64,000 nucleotides of DNA from an uncultured Chloroflexia bacterium (GTDB lineage: Bacteria > Chloroflexota > Limnocylindria > Limnocylindrales > CSP1-4), in contig CAVQJC010000004.1 in assembly GCA_963712745.1 (NCBI GenBank), forward strand, positions 192,001 to 256,000, written 5' to 3'. The translations under genes and the position numbers were made by a program. Below the pieces are notes generated by a model. It had not been told where the DNA came from. It ran no database searches and saw nothing but the letters and a program-made list of their open reading frames with translations. Positions 39,357 to 52,906 of this stretch are shown in pieces (the first letter of the stretch is position 1; each line of letters opens with the position of its first letter).

Positions 39357-40001
39357 CTACGGCTCCGCGGTAAGCTCCGGTTCGAGGGTATCGGCAGCAG
39401 CGGCACCCCACTCGGGAGGCGGTCCGCCGACCGGTTCCGGCGGCCCGGCATAGTCGGGAAGGTCGTCGAGAGCCACCTCCGCGCCGAGCACGGATCCGGG
39501 GTCGCCCAACTCGACCGAAGTCGTGTCCAGGGCGGCGATGGCCTCCGCCAGCGACCCACCCGGGCCGGCCAGCGCCCGCGGCACATCAACCACCGGCAGC
39601 AGCACGGGCCAGCCTGATTCGCCTGCTCGGCGCGGACGCGTGATAGCCAGGCCATCGCGACCGTGGGCCTCGATGAGCGAGGTGACCGTCTCGGGGTCGG
39701 CCCAGGTCATGCGCCCCGGCCAGAGCAGCACTGCGCTGGTCTCATGCACAGCTGCCATGGCGGCGTCCGCGCCAAGCCGGTACGTCTGCACCTCCGAGGC
39801 CCGCCCGGGATCGACCACCGCGGCCGGCGAACCCCCGAGCGCCTCGGCGATGCGCCCGTCCGGGTCGCAGGCCACGACGATGATGGGCATGGCACCACCG
39901 GCCCAGGCGGAATCGACGATGCGCCTGACCGCGGCGCGGCCGGTGGCGTCAGCCAGGGCCTCGCGCACGCCATCGGGCACGATCACCGCCCCGACCGTCA
40001 T
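39357..40001 (-). CDS. MobA/MocA-like NTP-transferase-fold protein (degenerate)
   Basis: GRAAVRRIVDSAWAGGA.PIIVV, WPGRM...DPETV.SLI, GWPVLL; lacks clear LAAG loop; ATGA overlap. Confidence 0.6.
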   Translation of the reverse strand: MTVGAVIVPDGVREALADATGRAAVRRIVDSAWAGGAMPIIVVACDPDGRIAEALGGSPAAVVDPGRASEVQTYRLGADAAMAAVHETSAVLLWPGRMTWADPETVTSLIEAHGRDGLAITRPRRAGESGWPVLLPVVDVPRALAGPGGSLAEAIAALDTTSVELGDPGSVLGAEVALDDLPDYAGPPEPVGGPPPEWGAAAADTLEPELTAEP

Positions 40002-40954
40002 CGCCGCTTCGACGTGCCCTGCACGTCGTCCTCTTCGTCGCGGTTCCACTCGGGCGGTGCGGCCCAGGCCCAGGGCGAACGCTGTGCGCGCGGCTCCACC
40101 ATCGTGGGCAATACGATGCCGTCGTCCTCGTCGTCCATGTCGCTGGTGCTGGCCCGGTCGTGGGGAGCTCGCGAAAGGCGATCCGTCGGTAGCATCGGCT
40201 CGGGCGCCACGGGCACCTCCAACCTGGAACCCTCGACCGCCGGCGCCTCGGTCAGGGAGGCATCGTCGGTCGGGCCCACGGCCATGCTCGGGGCCCCGGA
40301 GTCGCCACTGGCAGACACGGCGGTCTCCGACGCGGTGGGCCCAGCCACTTCCTCACCTGCCGTGGCGGTGCTGACTTCGCCGCTCGACGCCGGGCTCGGA
40401 GGAGTCGAACTCCCGATCCTGGAGGCCAGGTCGCTGACCGTTTCTTCGGCTCGGCTGCGTCGCGGCAACGTCCGCGGCACCGAGGTCGCCAGTGCCTGGG
40501 TCGTGGGCGATACCCGCGGCACCTGCGTGCCAGGGCGCAGCTTCTCTCGCTGATCCCAGCGCCACCGTCGTGGCGAATCGAGGAAGACGCCGCTGACGAT
40601 GCCAAAGACGGCCGCGAACGCAGCCAGCAGCAGCGGTGCACCGGAGACCCGGAACAGGTCGTCGCCGAACCAGCTCATCACGAGCGTGAACCCGAAAAGG
40701 AGTGCGACCGGCGCATTGGAGGCGGCCATGGGCCAGCCCACGCCGCCAAGCAGCCAGTAGAGCCAGCTCCCACCCAGAGCCAGGGCCATGAGCATGAGCA
40801 CGACACTCACCGAACCCAGCCCCACGCCCTGGTCCTGCCAGAACCCCACGGCCATGTACATCAACACGCCAACGAGGAACGCCTGGGCGGCCGTGAGTAG
40901 CAGCTCCACGGCCACGACGTCGAGGGGGCGGGCGACGGGTTCGCGAACCTTCAC
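39998..40954 (-). CDS. 4-TM membrane protein with long acidic disordered tail
   Basis: Four hydrophobic helices, then S/A/E/P-rich tail ending PWAWAAPPEW; TATGCT 6 nt before GTG 40954. Confidence 0.75.
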   Translation of the reverse strand: MKVREPVARPLDVVAVELLLTAAQAFLVGVLMYMAVGFWQDQGVGLGSVSVVLMLMALALGGSWLYWLLGGVGWPMAASNAPVALLFGFTLVMSWFGDDLFRVSGAPLLLAAFAAVFGIVSGVFLDSPRRWRWDQREKLRPGTQVPRVSPTTQALATSVPRTLPRRSRAEETVSDLASRIGSSTPPSPASSGEVSTATAGEEVAGPTASETAVSASGDSGAPSMAVGPTDDASLTEAPAVEGSRLEVPVAPEPMLPTDRLSRAPHDRASTSDMDDEDDGIVLPTMVEPRAQRSPWAWAAPPEWNRDEEDDVQGTSKRR

Positions 40955-41028
40955 GGCGTCAGCATACGGGTAGTCCGCGATCGCGTGCGACAATCTGGTC
41001 TCCCATGGGTTTCACTCCTCTGACCATC

Positions 41029-42936
<1,908 letters not shown>

Positions 42937-42960
42937 GACCTTGGCCGTATCATCTCCGCC

Positions 42961-44139
42961 GTGACCGTCTATCTCGACCACGCCGCCTCCGCCCCGTTGC
43001 GCCCCGAGGTGCTGGAGCAGATGTTGCCCCACCTCTCAGGGGTCCAGGCCAACCCGTCCTCCCCTCATGGGCCCGGACGCCGGGCACGCATGGCGCTCGA
43101 CGAAGCCCACGAGCGACTCGCGCGCGCCGTCGGCGCCGAGCCGCGCACGCTCGTCTTCACCGGTGGCGGCACGGAGGCCATCAACCTCGCGGTCAAGGGC
43201 GCTGCCTGGGCCGGCAAGGCGGAGGGCCACCGCATCGTCACCAGCGCGGTCGAACACAAGGCCGTGCTGGAGTCGTGTCTGCTGCTGGAGAAGTACGGCT
43301 TCGAGGTGCGGAGGCTGCCGGTCGACCGTTACGGGCGCGTAGACCCGGACGAGCTCACCGCGGCGCTGACGGACAAGACCGTGCTGGTGAGCCTGCAGTG
43401 GGCCAGCAACGAGGTGGGCACGATCCAGCCCCTGGCCGAGCTCATCACACGGGTGCGGACCGGCTGCCACGCGCGCGTCCACGTCGATGCCGTCCAGGCT
43501 GCTGCCTGGCTGCCGCTCGACGTGGAGACCATGGACGCCGACCTGGTCACCCTGGCTGCCCACAAGGTCGAAGGGCCCAAGGGCACCGGCGCCCTGTGGG
43601 TCCGTCGCGGCACGGCCATCCTGCCCCAGGTGCACGGTGGCTCGCAGGAGCGCTACCGCCGCGCCGGGACCGAGAACGTGGCTGGCGCCGTGGGCATGGC
43701 CGCTGCCTTCGAGCTGGCTGCCGCCGAGCGCGAGGCGACGACAGCCGCGGTGAGAGCGCGCCGGGACCGGCTGCGCGAGGCCTTGCTCGCCCTCGACGGG
43801 GTGGAGCTGACCGGCCACCCCACCGAACGGCTGCCCAACTCGCTATCGCTGGTGGTGCGCGACGTGTCCGGCGACGACATCGTCATCGCGCTCGACCTCG
43901 ATGACGTGGCCTGCTCGACCGGCTCCGCCTGCACCAGCGGCTCGACCGAGCCCTCGCACGTGCTGAGCGCGATGGGCTACCCGCCGGCCGAGGCCAGGGG
44001 TGCGCTGCGCCTGTCCCTGGGGCGTACGACCACGGACGCCGAGGTCGCGACGGCGCTCGCTGCGCTGCCCGCGGTCATCGAGCGACTGCGGCAGGGCGAG
44101 GCCCGCCTGACCGGCGGGGCAGGGGAGCCCGGGTCGTGA
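42961..44139 (+). CDS. iscS: cysteine desulfurase (IscS/NifS family)
   Basis: [40 protein letters not shown]. Confidence 0.95.
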   Translation: MTVYLDHAASAPLRPEVLEQMLPHLSGVQANPSSPHGPGRRARMALDEAHERLARAVGAEPRTLVFTGGGTEAINLAVKGAAWAGKAEGHRIVTSAVEHKAVLESCLLLEKYGFEVRRLPVDRYGRVDPDELTAALTDKTVLVSLQWASNEVGTIQPLAELITRVRTGCHARVHVDAVQAAAWLPLDVETMDADLVTLAAHKVEGPKGTGALWVRRGTAILPQVHGGSQERYRRAGTENVAGAVGMAAAFELAAAEREATTAAVRARRDRLREALLALDGVELTGHPTERLPNSLSLVVRDVSGDDIVIALDLDDVACSTGSACTSGSTEPSHVLSAMGYPPAEARGALRLSLGRTTTDAEVATALAALPAVIERLRQGEARLTGGAGEPGS

Positions 44140-45251
44140 CTCGCCAGCGCGTGCTGGCCGCGATGTCAGGCGGCGTGGACTCCTCGGCAGCGACGGCACT
44201 GCTCGTGGAACAGGGACACGACGTGGTCGGCGTGTGGATGCGCCTGCACGACGCGGCCGACAGCTACAGCACCACCAACCGCTCGTGCTGCTCCCTCGAC
44301 GCCGCCGAAGACGCCCGTCGAGTGGCGGGCCAGCTGGGCATCCCGTTCTACGTGCTCAACCTCGAGCGCGAGTTCGCGGCCGGCGTGATGGAGCCGTTCT
44401 TCGCGGCCTATCTCGACGGGCGCACGCCCAGCCCCTGCGTGGAGTGCAACTCCCTGGTGAAGTTCGGAGCCCTGCTCGGACGAGCTCGCCACCTCTATGA
44501 CTGTGACGCGGTGGCCACCGGCCACTACGCCCGCATCGAGCGAGGCGATGATCCCGTGGGCCGGCCGCGATATCGTCTCCTGACCGGGCGAGACGAGGAC
44601 AAGGACCAGACGTACTTCCTCTACGGGCTCGACCAGGAGCAGCTGGCCCACACCCGCTTCCCCCTGGGCGAGCTGACCAAGCCCGAGGCACGCGCGGTCG
44701 CCCGCCGCCACGGGCTCGTCACCGCCGACAAGCCGGAGAGCCAGGAGATCTGCTTCGTCCGCGATGGCGACTATCGCACCGAGCTCCAGCAGCGCACCGA
44801 GTGGCGTCCCACCCCCGGACCGCTCGTCGACGCTGACGGCGAGACCGTCGGTGAGCATGTCGGCGCTCCTGCGTACACCGTGGGCCAGCGCAGCGGGCTC
44901 GGCGTGGCCCTCGGCGAGCGCCAGTACGTGGCTGCCATCGACCCGGGCGCCAACCTGGTGACGCTGGGGCGACGAGAGGACCTCTACCGTCGCTGTTTCG
45001 GAGTGACCGAGGCTTCGTTCATCGACGAGCGCCCCACGGAGCCGTTCCGGGCCCGTGTGCGCATCCGCCACCGCGCCGACCTGGTCCCGGGGCTTGTCCG
45101 CCCGGCCCCTGGTGTCGAGGGTGCCTGGCGGGTCGAGCTGGAGCGAGCGGCCTGGGCGCCGGCCCCCGGACAGGCGGCCGTGTTCTACGACGACGCTGAT
45201 GCGGTCATCGGGGGCGGACGCATCGACGTGTCCACCGACCGGGCCGCCTGA
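44136..45251 (+). CDS. mnmA: tRNA 2-thiouridine synthase MnmA (CxxC type)
   Basis: [52 protein letters not shown]. Confidence 0.97.
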   Translation: MTRQRVLAAMSGGVDSSAATALLVEQGHDVVGVWMRLHDAADSYSTTNRSCCSLDAAEDARRVAGQLGIPFYVLNLEREFAAGVMEPFFAAYLDGRTPSPCVECNSLVKFGALLGRARHLYDCDAVATGHYARIERGDDPVGRPRYRLLTGRDEDKDQTYFLYGLDQEQLAHTRFPLGELTKPEARAVARRHGLVTADKPESQEICFVRDGDYRTELQQRTEWRPTPGPLVDADGETVGEHVGAPAYTVGQRSGLGVALGERQYVAAIDPGANLVTLGRREDLYRRCFGVTEASFIDERPTEPFRARVRIRHRADLVPGLVRPAPGVEGAWRVELERAAWAPAPGQAAVFYDDADAVIGGGRIDVSTDRAA

Positions 45252-45271
45252 GCGACGCGGCGAGCGCCGGC

Positions 45272-45604
45272 ATGGACGACGGCCTGGCCACCTTCGTGCT
45301 CAGTCCCGCCTTCGTGCTTTCCCTGCTCGTCGGTGCCTTCCACACCTGCATCTACATCTTCGTTCGCGGCAACCTCGGCTGGCATATCCCGGCGGTCCTG
45401 GTCGGAGGCATCCTGGGAGCCCTGGTGGGGCAGGCCATCGGCGCCCGAGTCGGCGACCCGTTGCGTATCGGCGACTACAGCCTGCTGTGGGCTTCGGCGA
45501 TCGCCTGGATCGGCATCGGGCTGGCCATCGTGCTCAGCACGCTATCGGCACGCAAGGCGGAGCCCGATCCCGGAGGCGGCCGGATCCGCGCTCGCCGCGA
45601 CTGA
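45272..45604 (+). CDS. small membrane protein
   Basis: Three Gly-rich hydrophobic segments. Confidence 0.7.
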   Translation: MDDGLATFVLSPAFVLSLLVGAFHTCIYIFVRGNLGWHIPAVLVGGILGALVGQAIGARVGDPLRIGDYSLLWASAIAWIGIGLAIVLSTLSARKAEPDPGGGRIRARRD

Positions 45605-45626
45605 CACTCGGCCCCCACGGGGGCGG

Positions 45627-46376
45627 TCAGCGCGTGAGACCAGCCCTTTCCGCTTCCTCCGCCTCGACCTCCGCCACTGCCTGCTCGTGCGGTTCGATGG
45701 CCGCCACCACGCCACCCATGCCGATGACCGCGGGCTTGACCGGCGCCTCCCTGGCCCGCGTCCTGTCGCGCCGGCGCTGGATGAAGTAGATACCGCCGGC
45801 CAGGAGCGCGGAGAGGAAGAAGCCGAAGACCATGGCCAGCCAGGGCTGATCCTGGATGAGCGCACCTCCGATGAACCCCGGTAGCGCGGCCTGGAGGGCC
45901 CAGATGACCGCAGCGATAAGGTCGTAGAGGACGAACTGCGGCCAGCTGAAGCGGAGCACACCGGCACCGACGGCCACGGCTGTCCGTCCACCCGGCACGA
46001 AGCGTCCGATGATGACGAACGTGCCCCCGCGCCGGTCGAACTGCTCCTGCACGACCTCGAGCTGCTCGGTGTTGCCGCGCAGGACCTTCTCCACCAGCGG
46101 GCGACCGGCTGCCCGGCCGATCCAGTAGGCGATGTTGTCACCGACGAAGGCGCCCAGGCCGGCCGCGACCATGACCCACAGGATGTTGAGGGTGCCCTGC
46201 CCGGCGAGCACGGCGGCCGCGGTGACAGTGCCCTCGGCGGGGATGACGGGCAGGAGCACGTCGATGGCGGCCATGGCGAAGATGACGAGGTAGGTGACGG
46301 GCGAGTCGGTGACCATGGCGGTCAGCGAGTCGATCAGCTCGGTGGCACGCGTGAGGAGGTCGGTCAGTGTGTCCAT
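45627..46376 (-). CDS. DedA family membrane protein
   Basis: P.IPAE, GA..GDN.AYWIGR, GRFVPGGR. Confidence 0.9.
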   Translation of the reverse strand: MDTLTDLLTRATELIDSLTAMVTDSPVTYLVIFAMAAIDVLLPVIPAEGTVTAAAVLAGQGTLNILWVMVAAGLGAFVGDNIAYWIGRAAGRPLVEKVLRGNTEQLEVVQEQFDRRGGTFVIIGRFVPGGRTAVAVGAGVLRFSWPQFVLYDLIAAVIWALQAALPGFIGGALIQDQPWLAMVFGFFLSALLAGGIYFIQRRRDRTRAREAPVKPAVIGMGGVVAAIEPHEQAVAEVEAEEAERAGLTR

Positions 46377-46537
46377 CGGTGCGGGCAAGACTAGCGCCCT
46401 ACCACGCTGGAGGAACGATGACGACGAGCGAAGCACCCACGGCCTCGTTCATCCCCGCGTCCATCCTGCCCAGTCGTTCCATCAGAATCCGGACACGCAT
46501 TGCAGGCCGCCATCGGTGGCCGCCATACTGTCGAGTC

Positions 46538-48917
46538 ATGAGCACATCGCGCGACTCCACCGGCGCTGCCGAGCCCACCCAGGCGCAGAAGCCCGACAGC
46601 GAAGCGAAGCCGGGCGACCAGCCGGATCGAGGATCCCGAGCCCGTCGAAGACCTCGACCGAACTGCATTCGAGAAGCGACTCGGAACCACGCCCCAGAAG
46701 CCCGGGCTCCTGCACCGCATCGCATCGGTCTGGAAGGATGAGTACGACACGGCCATGAACTGGCCGCGCGGCAAGCGACACCTCGTCATACGCGGCTTGA
46801 CCCTGCTCATCGTCAACACCATCGCCCTGCTGCTGGTGGCGGCGGTCATGGACGGCATCAGCTTCACCGGGGATCTGTGGAACATCGTCCCCGCCGCGCT
46901 GGTGACCCTCGTCGCAGGCGCTATCACGTTCCTGTTCCGACCGGTCGTGTTCGTGGCCCTCGGCATCAACAACGTCATCGTCACCGCGCTGCTGACCGTC
47001 CTCTCCATGGGCTTGACGCTGCTCGTCGCCAGCTGGCTCGTCAGGGGCATCGAGATCGATGGCTTCATCCCGGCCTTCGTCGCCTCGATCCTCATCGCGG
47101 CCGTCAACACCGTCATCGTGGCCATCATCGGTCTCGACGAGGACGAGTCGTTCTTCCGCCACTCGATGAAACGCATGGCGCGCGTCAGCGGCGACGTGGA
47201 TGATCGACCGGGCCCGGGCTTCATCATCATCCAGATCGACGGCCTAAGCGAGCCAGTCATGCGCAACGCGCTGCGCACCGGCTACATGCCCTTCCTTAAT
47301 GACTGGCTGGCCAGCGGCAGCCATCGGCTGGGCAAGTACGAAGCGCTCGCGCCGTCGATGACCAGCGCCGGCCAGGTCGGCCTCCTCCATGGCGCACAGC
47401 CGGGCATCCCGGCCTTCCGCTGGTGGGAGAAGGAACGCAACTACCTGATGGTCTCGAACCATCCCGACGACGCCTTCGAGATCGAGCGGCGGTCATCGAA
47501 CGAGAACGATCTGCTCAAGGACGGCGGGACAAGCATCAGCAACCTCGTCTCCGGCGGAGCCACGCGTGCCATCGCCACCAATAGCCAGTTGGCCAAGAGC
47601 GGGCAGGGCCTGCAGATGAAGTCGTTCAGCATGTTCCTCTACAACCCCTACAACCTCACGCGCGGCGCGGCGCAGTTCGTGGGCTCGGTCATCAACGAGT
47701 ACTTCCAGGCGCGACGCCAGCGCACCCGCGATGTGAAGCCGCGCATCGCGCGCGGCATGCCCTTCCCCTTCCTCAAGGCCAGCACGACCACCATCATGCG
47801 CGACATGCTCGTCGACCTCATCATCGGCGAGATGGGCCGCGGCACTCCGATCGTCTACGCCGACTACCTCGGCTACGACGAGGTCGCCCACCACGCCGGT
47901 CCCGAGCGGCCGGAGACGATGCAGCAGCTCGACGCGGTCGACCGCATCATGCGCTCACTCAGCCGAGCCGCCGAGGACGCCCCGCGCGAGTACCACTTCA
48001 TCCTCGTCTCCGACCACGGTCAGACCCAGGGCGCACCGTTCGAGGATCGCTATGGCATCGGGCTCGAAGAGCTCACCCGGAGCCTGATGGAGGGAGATGT
48101 CTCAAGCCTCGATGCCAGCAATGACGTCGAGGGCTGGGGCCCGGTCAACACCTTCCTGACCGAGGCCAGCCGTGCTCCCGGTGCCAGCGGCAAGGTCGTC
48201 CAGCGTGCCCTTCGCAGCGATACCACCGACGGCGTGGTGGGCCTCGGCGATACCGAGGCCTTGCACAAGGGCGCCGAGCTCAAGACGGCCGACGGCGACG
48301 AGGACGAGATCCCCGACCTGGTCGTGGCCGCCTCCGGCAATCTGGCCAACATCTACTTCACCGAGATCCGCGAGCGGGTCAGCCTCGAGGGTATCGCCAA
48401 GATGCACCCCGAGCTCATGCCGGGGCTTGTCCGGCATGAGGGCATCGGTTTCATCATGGTCCATTCCGAGGAACACGGCCCCCTGGTCATCAGCGCCCGC
48501 GGCGTGCGCAACCTCGAGACGGGCGAGGTCGAGGGCGAGGACCCCCTCGAGCATTTCGGCGAGCACGCCGCGGCGAACCTCAAGGAGCTCGACAGCTACA
48601 AGCACATCGGCGACATCTTCGTCATCAGCATGTATGACCCCTCGACCGACGAGGTCGCCCCGTTCGAGCACCAGGTCGGTTCCCACGGCGGCCTCGGAGG
48701 CATGCAGACCAAGGCCTTCGTGATGTATCCGGCCGCCTTCGCCACGCAGGACAAGACCGTGGACCTGGTGGGCGCGCCCGCCGTCAACCACAAGTTCCAT
48801 GAGTGGATCGGCCGGGCCAAGGAGATGTACGCGGCGGGCGAGACGCCCGAGACCAAGCCGGCCGAAGCGGAGCAGGAGCTGCCGTCCGTGCTGCGAGGGG
48901 AGACCGAGGCCGCCTGA
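46538..48917 (+). CDS. holin-like (4-TM YvlD type) domain fused to alkaline-phosphatase-superfamily domain; probable +1 frameshift near 46625 (intact frame from 46755)
   Basis: 4 TM helices, IQIDGL, SMTSAGQ, YDEVAHH, SDHGQ, GSHGG; protein-like frame extends upstream of 46755 to ~46629; CATACT 8 nt before ATG 46538. Confidence 0.85.
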
Positions 48918-48947
48918 TGGCCAGCCCGGCGGCGCTCCGGTTCGTGG

Positions 48948-49832
48948 CTAGCGGACGACCGTGCCCTCCGGCAACACCGGCAGGATGAGCATGTACTTGC
49001 CATCCCGTCGCGGGTACCGGGCCCGGGGTCGCTGGTACGGAAGATAGTCCTCCTGGAGCTTGCCCACCGGCACCAGCGAGTCGGGCGGGCGTGATGCGCC
49101 CCAGATGGTGCTCACATAGGGGTACCACGTGTCCTGGATGTAGACGGCCTTGACCCGGAAGTCCTTGTCGTAGGCCGGATCGGCCGTGGCCGTGAAGCCG
49201 GACATGACCCAGGAATGGGCCCCACGCCATGTCACCAGCCCGACCGGCTTGTTGGTCATCCGCAGCGCCCTGGCGGCCTTGCGGATGGCGCTCTTCAGCG
49301 TGGGGGCGCCGACGACCTCGTAGGGTCCGTAGCCGCCCGTGTTGAGCAGCTCCTTCCAGCCGGTGAGGTCGACGCCGATGGGTCCCAGCTTGACCTTGTT
49401 GGGCGAGAGCCTGCGTCCTCGCTCGTAGAGCCGCTCCTGGAACCTGACCGAGCGGTTGGGCTCCGAGTCGATGATGTTCATCATCGTCTGGGTCGAGCCG
49501 GCCACACACCAGTCCTTGGTGGCCTGGTGCATGAAGTCTCCCTTGCGGTAGAGGTCGAGGTCGAACGGGCCAGGCTTGGGGCGCGGCTTCAGCTTCATCG
49601 TCTTCAGCTTGGCCTCGACCCTGTGGGGGTTCGTCTCGGACGCCGAGCGTGGCCGTGGCGTGACACTCGGGGCAGCGACCGGTGGAGCCGTGGGGACCTC
49701 GTCGCGAGCACGCTCGGTCGGCGGGACGGCCAGGAGGTTTGCCGGCAGCGCCGAGCAGGAACTCGCGACGAAGGCACCAACCAGTGCCAAGGCGAGCACA
49801 CGGCCCGCAGAGGCGAGATCGTCGACACGCAT
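48948..49832 (-). CDS. lipoprotein with C39-like/papain-like cysteine peptidase domain
   Basis: Lipobox-like VASSC; Q...WC (HQATKDWCVAGS), GAHSWVMSG, IQDTW give Gln/Cys/His/Asp order. Confidence 0.7.
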   Translation of the reverse strand: MRVDDLASAGRVLALALVGAFVASSCSALPANLLAVPPTERARDEVPTAPPVAAPSVTPRPRSASETNPHRVEAKLKTMKLKPRPKPGPFDLDLYRKGDFMHQATKDWCVAGSTQTMMNIIDSEPNRSVRFQERLYERGRRLSPNKVKLGPIGVDLTGWKELLNTGGYGPYEVVGAPTLKSAIRKAARALRMTNKPVGLVTWRGAHSWVMSGFTATADPAYDKDFRVKAVYIQDTWYPYVSTIWGASRPPDSLVPVGKLQEDYLPYQRPRARYPRRDGKYMLILPVLPEGTVVR

Positions 49833-49854
49833 GAGGCCCAGACCGTATCGGTCG

Positions 49855-49988
49855 CCGAGCCGCCTGTGGGCCTTCGCTCAGGAATCTTCACCCAAGCCTG
49901 TCTTCGGACAGGCGGGCCCAAGCTGCTTTCCTCCGGCGGACACTGCGTTGACGCCACCCCTGCCATCAGTGACCGGTGGCTGGCTCGG
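49855..49988 (+). ncRNA. candidate structured RNA of unknown family
   Basis: Outer stem CCGAGCC/GGCTCGG, inner stem TGGGCC/GGCCCA, GCCTGTC-TTCG-GACAGGC tetraloop hairpin. Confidence 0.35.
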
Positions 49989-50057
49989 ATGCCTACGGGA
50001 CCGAGGGCGCCGAGAGCGACGGGGGCGTCGACGACTGACCGAGGTGCGCGACTCGAT

Positions 50058-50092
50058 GCCCGCGGGAGCGAGGCTCCCGCGGGCTTGACTTT
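50058..50092 (+). terminator. perfect 12-bp hairpin with T-rich tail
   Basis: GCCCGCGGGAGC-GAG-GCTCCCGCGGGC then TTGACTTT. Confidence 0.65.
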
Positions 50093-50125
50093 GTGCTGCC
50101 TGCCGCGTTCGCTACACTCGCGGTG

Positions 50126-52893
50126 ATGCCAGAACAACACGACCGGGCCGCCCCGGAGGCCCGGATGCAGCCCCTGTCCGCGGACGAGATCCGCGCCCGC
50201 TTCCTGCGTTTCTTCGAGGAACGCGGCCATGAGGTCGTGCCCAGCGCCAGCCTGGTGCCCGGCGGTGACCAGACGCTGCTCTTCACCAACAGCGGCATGG
50301 TCCAGTTCAAGGACGTCTTCCGCGGCGTCGAGAAGCGGTCATACACGCGAGCGGTCGACTCTCAGCGCTGCCTGCGCGTGGCCGGCAAGCACAACGACTT
50401 CGAGGAGGTCGGGCGCACACCGCGGCACCACACGCTCTTCGAGATGCTCGGGAGCTGGTCCTTCGGCGACTACTTCAAGCGCGAGGCCATCCACTGGGCC
50501 TGGGAGTTCCTGACGCAGGACCTGGGCATCCCCGGGGACCGGCTGGCGGCCACCACCTACACCGACGACGAGGAATCGTGGGCCATCTGGCGCGACGAGA
50601 TCGGCCTGCCGCCCGACCGCATGGCCCGCTGGGGTGACGTGGACAAGGGCGACGACCACAACTTCTGGCGCATGGCCGACACCGGCCCCTGCGGCCCCAA
50701 CAGCGAGATCCACTTCGATCGCGGTGAGCATCTCTCGGAGGGGCCCGGCTGCGTGCCAGATCACACCGAGACCTGTCCGCGCTGGCTCGAGATCTGGAAT
50801 CTCGTGTTCATGGAGTTCGATCAGCCGGTCGACGGTCCGCGCACGGAGCTGCCCTTCAAGTCCGTCGACACCGGCATGGGCCTCGAGCGCCTCGCCTCGG
50901 TGCTGCAGGACGTGCCCAGCAACTACGACATCGACCTCTTCGCGCCTATCCACGAGCGCATGCGCGAGCTGCTCGGACACGATCCCGAGGCCTTCGAGAG
51001 CGAGCGCTTCAGCTACCAGGTCATCGCCGACCATTCGCGCGCCATCACCTTCCTCATCGCCGACGGCGTGACCCCTTCGAACGAGGGTCGCGGCTACGTG
51101 CTGCGCCGTATCGTCCGGCGCGCCGTGCGGCACGGCCGCCTGCTGGGGCGTCACGAGCCGTTCCTCGAGCACACCGCGGCGGTGGTCATCGATCTCATGG
51201 GTGAGGCCTACCCCGTCCTGGTCGAGCGCCGCGAAGCCATCCTCGGCACCATCGTGCGCGAGGAGACCGCCTTCGCCCGCACGCTCGATGCGGGCACCAT
51301 CCAGCTGGAGGAGGCGCTCATCGGGCTGACCAGCGCCGAGCGCGTGGTAGGCCGCCGCCCCGAGGAGGTGCCGGCGGATGCGCCCGAGCTTGACGGGGAG
51401 ACGGCCTTCCGCCTGCACGACACGTATGGCTTCCCCATCGACCTGACCATCGAGTTGGCGGCCGAGTACGGCGTGCGCGTCGACCGCGTGGGCTTCGAGG
51501 CTGCGCTCCAGCAGCAGCGTCAGCGGAGTCGCTCGGGCAAGAAGCTGGACCTCGCCCGCCAGGCCGAGCAGACCGCGCTCTTCGACGGCATCGCCCGGCG
51601 CGTCGGCGATACCGTCTTCCACGGCTACCAGACGACCACGCACCCCGGTCGCGTCGTGGGCATCGTTCGTGACACCACCGAGTACGAGGAGCTCGAGGCG
51701 CGCGGCGACATCGAGGGCCGCACCGACACGTCGGCGGAGGCCCGCATCGTCCTCGACCAGACGCCCTTCTATGCCGAGGGCGGCGGGCAGATCGGGATCG
51801 CGGGGTCTTCCGCGATGACGCTGGCCAGGTGGCCTTCAGCGTCGAGGACACGCAGCGGCCGGTGGCGGGGCTGGTGGTCCACCACGGCCGGCTCCACGGC
51901 AGCATCGCCTTGGGCCAGGAGGTGAGTGCGGAGGTCGATCCGGAGCGGCGGGCGCGCACGATGCGCAACCACACCGGCACGCACGTGCTCCACCGGGCCT
52001 TGCGCAACACGCTCGGCGATTCCGCCCGGCAGGCCGGTTCGCTGGTCACGCCCGACTACCTGCGATTCGACTACCCCTCCGACCGCGGACTCACACCCGA
52101 TGAGCGCGGCACCATCGAGCAAGAGGTGCGCCGCGTCATCCGCGAAGACCGGCCAGTCACGCCCGAGCACATGTCGATGGCCGAGGCCCAGGCGGCCGGG
52201 GCCGACGCGTTCTTCGACGAGAAGTACGGGGAGACGGTGCGCACGGTCCGGGTCGAGGGCTACAGTCACGAGCTCTGCGGCGGTACACACTGCCGCGCCA
52301 CGGGCCAGATCGGCGGCTTCATCATCACCGGCGAGCGCTCGATCGGCTCCGGCATGCGTCGCATCGAGGCCGTCACCGGCGAGGCCGCCGAAGCCCTCAC
52401 CGAGGAGCGCTTCCGCCTGCTCGAGGCCGCCACCACCGCGGCCGGGGCGCAGACCAGCGAACAGCTGGTGGCGCGCATCGAGGAGCTCAGGGAGAAGAAG
52501 CGCCAGGCAGCTGCGCAGCAGACCGGCCTGCTGCCGACCGCACAGGCCGCGGTCAAGACCGCCGAGCTGCTGCACAAGGGCGCTTTCGTCTCGATGATGG
52601 GCGGGTTCCGCTCGATGGATGAGCTGCGGGCCTGGGCCAAGGAGGTGCGAGGGGCCATGAAGAGCGGCGTCATCGCGGCCGGGCTCGACGATCCCGACAA
52701 GCCACAGCTCTTCGTGACCGTCAGCGACGACCTCATCGAGCAGGGCCTCGACGCGGGCGAGCTGGTCAGGGACGCAGTCAGCGAAGCCGGGGGCAAGGGC
52801 GGCGGCAAGGCCGGCATGGCGCAGGGCAAGGTGCCCGAGCCTGATGCGCTCCAGGTCGCGTTCCAGAGGCTGCGCGAGCGACTGCAGGGGTAG
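50126..52893 (+). CDS. alaS: alanine--tRNA ligase, split by a single-base deletion near 51794
   Basis: LLFTNSGM, HHTLFEMLG, CGPNSEI, DTGMGLER, TPFYAEGGGQIG | DRG, NHTGTH, FDEKYGE.VR, ELCGGTH, GKGGGK..MAQG. Confidence 0.97.
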
Positions 52894-52906
52894 GGGCGGC
52901 CAGAGC

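Noticed and set aside
49855-50092. T-box, SRP, RNase P or hammerhead identity for the alaS upstream structure
   Set aside because: Only partial motifs (GAGGAAAGCAGC and CTGATGG on minus); no T-box consensus and required stems missing
51780-51830. alaS and trpB2 as true pseudogenes or programmed frameshifts
   Set aside because: No slippery heptamer; both halves are fully conserved; alaS is essential; shared GATC context points to sequencing error
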